The position numbers were made by a program, and so were the translations under genes. This document shows, piece by piece, positions 1 through 6,749 of a DNA stretch of 64,000 bases (its first letter is position 1; each line of letters begins with the position of its first letter). The notes under the pieces were generated by a model. It was given only the letters and a program-made list of their open reading frames with translations. It had not been told where the DNA came from and searched no databases. The stretch is from a virus: IMG/VR virus record IMGVR_UViG_3300017917_001573, positions 1-64,000 of that record, one strand, 5' to 3'.

Positions 1-179
1 CCAGGATCTCCTTCCTCAATGACTTCAAGAGACCATACTTCTGAATCAATATAAAATGATCCAAAAGTACCGTCTGAATTCTTTGGTAGTGATTTACCAA
101 AGACACCTAAGAAATCATCAGAGTCTACGAGGTAGCAATTACCGCTTACGTAGATAGCTTCCTGATGTGTATGTAACAT
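1..179 (-). CDS. Hypothetical protein, partial (runs off left edge)
   Basis: Read manually: ATG at 179, open to position 1 (MLHTHQEAIYVSGNCYLVDSDDFLGVFGK...), A/T-rich upstream, co-oriented with 339..770. Confidence 0.65.
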   Translation of the reverse strand, partial: MLHTHQEAIYVSGNCYLVDSDDFLGVFGKSLPKNSDGTFGSFYIDSEVWSLEVIEEGDP

Positions 180-300
180 AAAAATAGAGTTAATGAATAA
201 AAATTAGTACAATGTAGCGACATTGTGGTACACTCTTCTCATCGCTTGAGAGAGGTTCTTTGACAACAAGTATAAGTCACTATGGTGTCAAAGGATAATT

Positions 301-340
301 AAAGAATAGCACACTATGAAAATAGTGTGCTATATTCTTT
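301..340 (-). terminator. Long hairpin directly after the stop of 339..770; probable terminator or processing stem
   Basis: AAAGAATAGCACACTAT-GAAA-ATAGTGTGCTATATTCTTT inverted repeat. Confidence 0.6.
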
Positions 341-770
341 ACTTCTGAGTAGCTACCAGATTTGTATCTACACAAGCCCAATAAACCTTGGAACCTGTGG
401 AAGTCATCATGTATTTGCCGTCGCCATCAGGTTTAGAGCTTCTAACTTGAAACTCAATTGTTTGTCCCTCTGTAAGTTCAACATTGGACGACACCAATTT
501 AACGGGTTTTTGTTGTCCGTCAAACTCAACAAGTCCACAAGCCTTTTCAGTGGTAACTGCAAAAGTAGTTCCATCAGTTCGGGTTTTTACCTCACCCTTA
601 ACCGATTTTCCCATACCGAGGAATCGACCTTTGTAGATTTTCACCTCAATTCCATCAGATGTGGTATGTTGCGAAATTGGTTCACCCAATTCCGCAACAC
701 GTGCAAAAGGTGCTTCCAATAAACCAAAGGGTTGAAATGTTTTTGCTTCAATTTTTGCTTCACCAGCCAT
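339..770 (-). CDS. Hypothetical protein (beta-rich, possibly OB-fold-like); first gene of leftward block
   Basis: 143-aa ORF with ATG start and A-rich leader; the overlapping + ORF looks like shadow. Confidence 0.75.
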   Translation of the reverse strand: MAGEAKIEAKTFQPFGLLEAPFARVAELGEPISQHTTSDGIEVKIYKGRFLGMGKSVKGEVKTRTDGTTFAVTTEKACGLVEFDGQQKPVKLVSSNVELTEGQTIEFQVRSSKPDGDGKYMMTSTGSKVYWACVDTNLVATQK

Positions 771-860
771 TTTAATAAAATTTTAAGTTAAACGAAATTT
801 AGCTAAACAAAGAGTCCAATACATTCTTTTTAGAAAATTTCTTTTCTGAATAAGTATGTA

Positions 861-1190
861 GGGGAACCCCAGGTCAGCTATTTGCTGCGGGGTGTTTTTA
901 TGTGGGGTCCTCCCATCACACGTCATTACACAAAAAAATTTTTAGAAAAAAAAATTTAAAAAACATCCTTAACTCCCACCTCTCAATACCCACCTTTTTA
1001 ACTCAACCCTACTAACTCAAACCTATATACTTAAGTATATATTACTATACTGAGTAAATATTTATAACCTATTGAGTCATAGTTTTTTACAAGGAAGCAA
1101 AATGAACTTTTTGTACTTTTTAACCCTGTTTTATACTAAAAAGTACGATACAGTGAACTTTTTTATTTTCCCATACTAAAAAATATTTTT
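861..1190. other. Strand-divergence region with GC hairpins, C-rich tracts, palindrome and short repeats; candidate origin or genome-terminus region
   Basis: ACCCC...GGGGT and GTGGGG/TCCCATCAC stems (861-920); perfect 18-bp palindrome TATATACTTAAGTATATA 1024-1041; TAACTCAA x2; TGAACTTTTT x2; GTACTTTTT/AAAAAGTAC inverted repeat. Confidence 0.4.
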
Positions 1191-1199
1191 TAAAAATAG

Positions 1200-1229
1200 T
1201 TGCATACTAAGAAACCTTTCGTATATTTG
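1200..1229 (+). promoter_or_regulatory. Bacteroidota sigma-A type promoter P1
   Basis: TTG at 1200 and TATATTTG (-7 TAnnTTTG) at 1222-1229. Confidence 0.65.
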
Positions 1230-1231
1230 TA

Positions 1232-1355
1232 AGGCAATCTATTGCACAGTTCAATGAGTTCCTGGTTACTTCATTTAAAATTATTAACCAGTGTTTTTTA
1301 AAAGAGACTTAATTACGTTAAGTAATCTGTCTAAGAGGGGAAACCCTCTTTTTTT
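1232..1355 (+). ncRNA. Candidate small RNA (or 15-aa peptide mRNA)
   Basis: Bounded by promoter P1 and a terminator; stems GCAAT/ATTGC, CTGGTTA/TAACCAG, AGAC..ATTAC/GTAAT..GTCT. Confidence 0.5.
1333..1355 (+). terminator. Intrinsic terminator
   Basis: AAGAGGG-GAAA-CCCTCTT followed by T run. Confidence 0.85.
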
Positions 1356-1371
1356 AAAAAATAAAAAAATG

Positions 1372-1402
1372 TTGTGTATAACAAAAAAGATGTGTATCTT
1401 TG
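1372..1402 (+). promoter_or_regulatory. Bacteroidota-type promoter P2
   Basis: TTG at 1372, TATCTTTG at 1395-1402. Confidence 0.65.
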
Positions 1403-1404
1403 GT

Positions 1405-1760
1405 GCAACTCTGACAGGTTAAACAACATAAAAAAAAATATTAAGGACAACCCCTTAGTTTTAGTAGTATGTTGTTTAACTTAGTCAGAGGTTAAAATAA
1501 GATTCTCCTAAAAAACTAAGGGGTATTTTATTTTACGGTGTAGGAGAATCACTGGTAAAATAAACATCTGAACTTGTATACTACAATATACTTGGATCGG
1601 GTAAAATAAATCCCTTGTAGATAGCATTAGATTTTCTGATTTTTTAGTGACTGTAATGACCCCAACTAATACACTAATACAACGGTACAACTTACCACAT
1701 AGAGCTTGGTAAACTCAATTTTAAAATCAGCAAGGGGTCGAAATTTCAAAAATCTACCAT
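1405..1760 (+). ncRNA. Candidate large structured RNA / attenuator with kissing-loop or alternative pairings
   Basis: Perfect complementary pairs 1409-1415/1484-1490, 1418-1430/1468-1480, 1450-1462/1512-1524, 1501-1510/1541-1550, 1527-1536/1555-1564, 1636-1643/1723-1730, 1658-1663/1734-1739, 1628-1635/1749-1756; no substantial ORF. Confidence 0.6.
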
Positions 1761-1795
1761 AAGTTATAGCTCAATTTATTTTTTAGTATACAAGA

Positions 1796-1827
1796 TTTGT
1801 AGCATACTAAAAAAACGTGTATATTTG
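1796..1827 (+). promoter_or_regulatory. Bacteroidota-type promoter P3
   Basis: TTTG 1796-1799, 20-nt spacer, TATATTTG 1820-1827. Confidence 0.75.
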
Positions 1828-1845
1828 TATTCTAAATAATTCAAT

Positions 1846-2073
1846 ATGGAAGAACTAACATATGGACAAAAAGCTGTAGGAATTAAATTTAATCCTGGAC
1901 AGCTAAGTGAAGTAGATGTATGTAAACAACGATTTGCAGATCTAATTGATATGATGAATGATCTCAGGAATACTACAAAATCAATAGAAACAAAACGACT
2001 ATGTAGTATTGCAATTACAGAATTACAAGGATCACAAATGTGGGCAGTAAAAGCTATAACTTGGAAAGATTAA
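1846..2073 (+). CDS. Acb2/Tad1-hairpin-like small protein, candidate anti-defence nucleotide sponge
   Basis: VGIKFNP...KQRFADLID...RLCSIAITELQGSQMWAVKAIT resembles the helical-hairpin family related to Acb2/Tad1. Confidence 0.6.
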   Translation: MEELTYGQKAVGIKFNPGQLSEVDVCKQRFADLIDMMNDLRNTTKSIETKRLCSIAITELQGSQMWAVKAITWKD

Positions 2074-2098
2074 AAAAATAGTTTGATAAGGTTTAGGT

Positions 2099-2123
2099 AA
2101 GAGGTGTTTATCACCTCTTTTTT
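2099..2123 (+). terminator. Intrinsic terminator
   Basis: AAGAGGTG-TTTAT-CACCTCTT + T run. Confidence 0.8.
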
Positions 2124-2124
2124 A

Positions 2125-2158
2125 TTGTATACAAGTTTAGTAGATGTGTGTATCTTTG
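2125..2158 (+). promoter_or_regulatory. Bacteroidota-type promoter P4
   Basis: TTG 2125, TATCTTTG 2151-2158 just before ATG 2163. Confidence 0.6.
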
Positions 2159-2162
2159 TGAT

Positions 2163-2648
2163 ATGAATAATCCTTTTGTAGTAGGTGAGAAAATAGAGTT
2201 GATAAGAATTGGAAGAACTAAGTTTATTTCCAATACTAAAAGTGATGGTGTACAAACACTCAACCACTCCTATACTACAATTAGAGACAATGTATTTATT
2301 GATAAGGATTCAAGAGTTTCTTTGTATAAACCAACTGATTTAAGGAATTTATTTTGTTCTTTTAATGGTGTTACATTAAAGTTGTATGTGTATATTGCAT
2401 TGTCTTTACAAAAGGATTGTGATTATGTAAAAGTAGATTCTAAAGATTTTATGCTTAGGTCAAATGTTAAATCAAAAAGCTCATTTTACAAAGCTATAGA
2501 AGAATTAGAAACATACTCTATCATACTAAAAAAAGAGAAGAATTATTATTGGGTAAATCCATTTTTGCTTTTCAATGGTAATAGAGTTGCCTACTTCCAA
2601 ACTAATTATCCTGAACAGATAAGTATAGTGGCAACAATTAAAAAATAA
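2163..2648 (+). CDS. RepL-like winged-helix replication/maintenance protein
   Basis: C-terminal SFYKAIEEL...YWVNPFLLFNG motif typical of RepL family; ATG 2163 preferred over GTG 2148, which overlaps the promoter. Confidence 0.65.
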   Translation: MNNPFVVGEKIELIRIGRTKFISNTKSDGVQTLNHSYTTIRDNVFIDKDSRVSLYKPTDLRNLFCSFNGVTLKLYVYIALSLQKDCDYVKVDSKDFMLRSNVKSKSSFYKAIEELETYSIILKKEKNYYWVNPFLLFNGNRVAYFQTNYPEQISIVATIKK

Positions 2649-2651
2649 AGT

Positions 2652-3299
2652 ATGAACAAACCAAAACCAAATGGACCTAAAAATCCCATTAAGAAGTTTG
2701 AGGCAATCTTGTCTCCAGAACAAAAGAGTGCTAAAGCTATAATTTATGCTAACAAAGTTACTGTACTAAAAGGTAAGGCGGGAACAGCAAAATCTTTTGT
2801 AGCATGTAATGCAGCATTAGATATGTTGAGTAAGAAACAAGCAGATAAGATTTACATTATTAGACCTGCTGTTGCAATTGAGGATTTAGGTTTTCTTCCT
2901 GGTGATATTAATGAAAAACTAGGACCTTATTTTATTCCTATTTTTGAGAATTTGGAGAAGCTAGAAAATAAAGAAAAAGTGGAACAGTATTTGAAATCAG
3001 GTACTATTACAATTGTTCCCGTTGCTTTTATACAAGGAATGACTATTGATACAGTAGCTATTGTTGATGAAGCACAAAATATTACAGAACAACAAATGAA
3101 GATGTTGCTTACTAGATTGGGTAAACAAGGTAAATATATTATTACAGGAGATACTGATCAAGTAATGCTTAGTAAAAATGAAGTGTCGGGATTTGAAAAA
3201 CTTCTAGCATTAGAAAATAAAATTGATAACTTTGCAGTAGTAGAACTTCTAGAGAATAGAAGGGATCCGTTTGTAAAAGATGTATTAGAAAAATGGTAA
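2652..3299 (+). CDS. phoH: PhoH-like ATPase
   Basis: GKAGTAKS, RPAV, GFLPGD, DEAQN, TRLG, GDTDQ motifs. Confidence 0.95.
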   Translation: MNKPKPNGPKNPIKKFEAILSPEQKSAKAIIYANKVTVLKGKAGTAKSFVACNAALDMLSKKQADKIYIIRPAVAIEDLGFLPGDINEKLGPYFIPIFENLEKLENKEKVEQYLKSGTITIVPVAFIQGMTIDTVAIVDEAQNITEQQMKMLLTRLGKQGKYIITGDTDQVMLSKNEVSGFEKLLALENKIDNFAVVELLENRRDPFVKDVLEKW

Positions 3300-3577
3300 A
3301 ACCAGAAGTACCTCTGTTAGTAGAGGATAAAATAGAAGCTCTTTTAAAGAAGTTTGATTTAGGGGAGTATATACAAGATGAAAGATTAGTTAAGCTTTTA
3401 TTCAATGTATACTGCCAAGCGCAATTAGATTTTATTAATGAACATGTAGATGAATTTACTACACATACAGGAGCATTAACACAAGTCCACATACTACAAA
3501 TGATGGACCATTTAAATAACACTGAAACCTTATTTTGTAAAAATTATAAATCAAATTTTAAAGATGATACTCATTAA
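3293..3577 (+). CDS. Hypothetical protein
   Basis: 94-aa ORF overlapping neighbours in operon. Confidence 0.7.
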   Translation: MVKPEVPLLVEDKIEALLKKFDLGEYIQDERLVKLLFNVYCQAQLDFINEHVDEFTTHTGALTQVHILQMMDHLNNTETLFCKNYKSNFKDDTH

Positions 3578-3920
3578 ACTAAAAACACATTTTATTCCAG
3601 CTAATGCTTGTGAAGCATTGAATGAATTATGTAATACATTAGAAGAAGAACATGATCATTCCCAAATTGGTAAAAGTAATCCTATTCCATTTGATCCATA
3701 TACTAATAAAGAGTATTTACATCACTTGGATGAATGTGTTGAAATCAAAGAATTGTATCATAATCTAGAAGGTCATATTGTACAAGAAGTATATTCTATT
3801 AAATACAAAAATAGAGATTGTACAAAAATCTGTTTTACAGATATGACAGATCTAGTTATTGAAGAATCTATTGATGATGTAATTGCTAAATTTAAACAAG
3901 CAGGATATACAATTGTATAA
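3564..3920 (+). CDS. Hypothetical protein
   Basis: 118-aa ORF in operon. Confidence 0.75.
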   Translation: MILIKLKTHFIPANACEALNELCNTLEEEHDHSQIGKSNPIPFDPYTNKEYLHHLDECVEIKELYHNLEGHIVQEVYSIKYKNRDCTKICFTDMTDLVIEESIDDVIAKFKQAGYTIV

Positions 3921-3970
3921 TTTGCTATATTACAACAAGACTAGGATTTAATCATTTTAGGTTAAGTATT

Positions 3971-3996
3971 AAAGGGAGATTCACTAATCTCCCTTT
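3971..3996 (+). terminator. Hairpin/terminator overlapping a downstream -7 promoter element (TATCTTTG 3996-4003)
   Basis: AAAGGGAGATT-CACT-AATCTCCCTTT. Confidence 0.7.
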
Positions 3997-4020
3997 ATCT
4001 TTGTAGTATATATCAAACAA

Positions 4021-4350
4021 ATGGAAAATAAAACGTTTAAAAAAGAGGTTGAGAGTGTTAGAGAGGTGTTTCTCAAGATTATCTTTAGAGGATATTTAGG
4101 GTACACTATTTCTGATTCTCAAATTAAGGTTCTCTGCGAGTTGATGGATAAACCTTACCATACTTCAAATCTAAACGAGTTGGCGGTAAAAGTAAATCTT
4201 TCTGAACAAGTAGTTAGAAATATTCTCTCAAAGTTTAAGAAGAAAAGAATTTTAGATGTGATCAATGGAAATTACACTATTAACAAATTTCTTAATATCT
4301 TTGATGAAGAAATTAGTTTAACATTTGTTTTAAAGAGAAAAGAAAAATGA
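4021..4350 (+). CDS. Winged HTH DNA-binding protein
   Basis: ELAVKVNLSEQVVRNILSKFKKKRIL..NGNYTIN HTH-wing pattern. Confidence 0.7.
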   Translation: MENKTFKKEVESVREVFLKIIFRGYLGYTISDSQIKVLCELMDKPYHTSNLNELAVKVNLSEQVVRNILSKFKKKRILDVINGNYTINKFLNIFDEEISLTFVLKRKEK

Positions 4351-4709
4351 TTGAATATGATGTGATCAACAAAATGACTTCTTGTAGAGTTGGTAAAGAC
4401 GTTGATGAGGTTAAGTTTATTATGAACACTTACTGGAACAACATCCAAAAGGTTTTGTCTAGTGGTGATGCATCTGTAATAAACATTCCTAATTTTGGGA
4501 AATTTAAAATTGCATACAGCCAATTACACAAAGAATTTGCAAAGAAGAAACGAGTTGCAGAACAATCTATTGTAGTATACAATGACCATCCTAGTGAATA
4601 CAACAAAAATAAGATGGAAACTTGTATTGCTGCATACGAAGAAATTCTAAAACGATTTGTAGAAAAGTATGATGTAGAATATATTCAAAATGAAAAAAAG
4701 AAAGATTAA
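4347..4709 (+). CDS. HU/IHF-like DNA-binding protein
   Basis: VINIPNFGKFKI motif; IHF-like genes are typical of crAss-like phages. Confidence 0.65.
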   Translation: MIEYDVINKMTSCRVGKDVDEVKFIMNTYWNNIQKVLSSGDASVINIPNFGKFKIAYSQLHKEFAKKKRVAEQSIVVYNDHPSEYNKNKMETCIAAYEEILKRFVEKYDVEYIQNEKKKD

Positions 4710-4977
4710 CATTCGTCAAATCTTAGAAGGTTGGGGTAATGAAGTTCTAGACACATTTGATGCACTAGACCCAGAAATTAAACAACTATCTAAAGACAGA
4801 TTAGAGATTTGTATGTCATGTCCTTTACGTACTCATAGCACATGTGATGTGAATAAAAGCATCATCATTGACAATGTAGAATATTATGGTTGTGGTTGTT
4901 ATTTACCAGCTAAATCAAAATGTGTAGATTGTGAATGCCCTGCTAATAAATGGGGAGGAAATGAAAGTAAAGATTAA
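4690..4977 (+). CDS. Small Cys-rich Zn-binding phage protein
   Basis: RLEICMSCP...C...GCGCYLPAK...CPANKW. Confidence 0.75.
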   Translation: MKKRKINIRQILEGWGNEVLDTFDALDPEIKQLSKDRLEICMSCPLRTHSTCDVNKSIIIDNVEYYGCGCYLPAKSKCVDCECPANKWGGNESKD

Positions 4978-5152
4978 TTGGCATGAAATAGAAGAACTAT
5001 CTGATCTATTAGAAGTGTTTAGTTTAATGTTTAACGGATTTGTAGTATATGATGATGTTAAACAAAAAGAAATAATCAAACAAATTAAAGCGTATAACAA
5101 GAAACACAAAACAAAAGTTGTGTTTGAAATTGAAACAAAAAATGGAAATTAA
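4961..5152 (+). CDS. Hypothetical protein
   Basis: ATG 4961, overlaps both neighbours. Confidence 0.6.
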   Translation: MKVKINWHEIEELSDLLEVFSLMFNGFVVYDDVKQKEIIKQIKAYNKKHKTKVVFEIETKNGN

Positions 5153-5528
5153 ACCACACAATGATGTAATTCTATTGGAATTACCTAAAGAACTAAAAGC
5201 AGTTATTGAATCAATTGATAATTCGACTATTGTTGTATCAGAAGATACATTAAACGAACGTAAACAAGAAGCAGTAAGAAAATTTTATGAAAATTCTGGA
5301 GTATTTACAGTTCATTCAGTAGGTCCGCTTGTAGAAGGTATTGTTAAAGGTGATAGAATCGTAATTGATGGTGATCCTTCTCAAGTATCTTTTTATCACG
5401 ATGGAAAACTAGAAATTTATTTTCGTATTAAATCTTATCAAGTAGATGCTGTAATTACAGGTCTTATTGAAAAAGAAGTTATTCGTAAAAATACAACTGC
5501 AACAAAGAGCGGTATTCTACTCTCTTAA
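5142..5528 (+). CDS. GroES-like (Cpn10) co-chaperonin
   Basis: IKPHNDVILLE...VHSVGPLVEGIVKGDRIVI pattern. Confidence 0.6.
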   Translation: MEIKPHNDVILLELPKELKAVIESIDNSTIVVSEDTLNERKQEAVRKFYENSGVFTVHSVGPLVEGIVKGDRIVIDGDPSQVSFYHDGKLEIYFRIKSYQVDAVITGLIEKEVIRKNTTATKSGILLS

Positions 5529-5550
5529 CCCCCTTTTAAATTTGATCCAT

Positions 5551-5820
5551 ATGAGCGTTCAGTTACAATTACAAACAAAAATTCTAATGGTGTTGCAGGA
5601 CATTGCCAATGAAACAAAAGGGGAACCTTTGTACATGCATTTACAATTGGCTTTTTCTGAACGCTCATTGGATTCTATTTCTGGAGATAAAGACTTGTAT
5701 GACATTCTTTTATACTACAGAAGTTTGGTTGAATTAAACAACCAAAAACATTTGCAGGATCCATTTGGAGATGAGCCAGATGATGATTATAGTTCGTTAG
5801 ATGATGATTTTACATACTAA
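5551..5820 (+). CDS. Hypothetical protein with acidic C-terminus
   Basis: ATG 5551; stop abuts next start. Confidence 0.7.
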   Translation: MSVQLQLQTKILMVLQDIANETKGEPLYMHLQLAFSERSLDSISGDKDLYDILLYYRSLVELNNQKHLQDPFGDEPDDDYSSLDDDFTY

Positions 5821-6363
5821 ATGTTTACAATACAACAAAACTCTGTAGTATTAGATCAACATGTATTTATAGTACCTGAATACAAAGCTGTTATGGAAAC
5901 ATACGGTGATTATGGTATTCAGGTATTTAAATACATTTATATGAGATATGACTTTAGAGTACCAGGATATGCAAATCTTTCAGAAGATGAAAGAGAAAAA
6001 GTTTGTCAAAAAGACTTTAATGTAAAAGAAGATGATTCTCCAGTATTTGAATCAGACTGTCCTATTATTAAGGCAGCTGTAGTCAAATATAAAGAGTTAC
6101 AAGAAACACCTTCTATGCGTTTGTTTTTTGCTGCTAAAAAATCTATGGAACAATTAACTAACTATTTAGATAGTTGTGAAATAGATCCTTATTTAAGTAC
6201 AAGAGATAAAACATCAGAAATTAAAACATTAACGGATACACAAGTTAAGATTGCATCCATTGTAGATTCATACAAAAAACTTGAAACACAAGTTAAAATG
6301 GAAATTGCACAAGGTTTAGCAAGAGGTAATGCGTATGTATCATCAAGAGAAATACCGAAATAA
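5821..6363 (+). CDS. Conserved crAss-like protein, putative terminase small subunit
   Basis: Helical protein just upstream of TerL; function inferred from synteny. Confidence 0.5.
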   Translation: MFTIQQNSVVLDQHVFIVPEYKAVMETYGDYGIQVFKYIYMRYDFRVPGYANLSEDEREKVCQKDFNVKEDDSPVFESDCPIIKAAVVKYKELQETPSMRLFFAAKKSMEQLTNYLDSCEIDPYLSTRDKTSEIKTLTDTQVKIASIVDSYKKLETQVKMEIAQGLARGNAYVSSREIPK

Positions 6364-6749
6364 TGGAAAAAAGAAATATAAATACAGTAGTAAATATGTT
6401 CTTGTCAGAACTATTTGCATTTAGAAATGATGTTCATTTGGCACATTTGAATGTACATGGACCAGCTGCACATGCTGCACATATTGCGTTAAACGAATTG
6501 TATGATGCAATTTTAGAGTTTGCTGATGAATTAGTAGAAACCTATCAAGGACAATATGGGTTGTGTGATTTAACTATTCGGTCATCTAATACTTTAGTAT
6601 GTAAAGATCCATGTCAAGTAGTAGAAAAAATTATTCAATTTGTAAATACAAATAGAGCATGTTTTATAGATAGTCACCTACAAAACATTGTGGATGAACT
6701 AATTGCTTCTGTATACAAAGTATATTATAAACTAGAAAACTTGAAATAA
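6363..6749 (+). CDS. Ferritin/Dps-like protein
   Basis: HLAHLN..G..AHIALNELYD....DELVETYQG four-helix pattern. Confidence 0.8.
   Translation: MEKRNINTVVNMFLSELFAFRNDVHLAHLNVHGPAAHAAHIALNELYDAILEFADELVETYQGQYGLCDLTIRSSNTLVCKDPCQVVEKIIQFVNTNRACFIDSHLQNIVDELIASVYKVYYKLENLK

Noticed and set aside
327-722. 131-aa + strand ORF
   Set aside because: Antisense shadow of 339..770; GTG start inside a hairpin, unnatural composition
1508-1690. 60-aa minus-strand ORF
   Set aside because: TTG start, no family features, overlaps the structured + strand RNA
771-1845. Possible CRISPR mini-array or tRNA cluster in the long intergenic region
   Set aside because: No regularly spaced repeats and no cloverleaf with T-loop consensus visible
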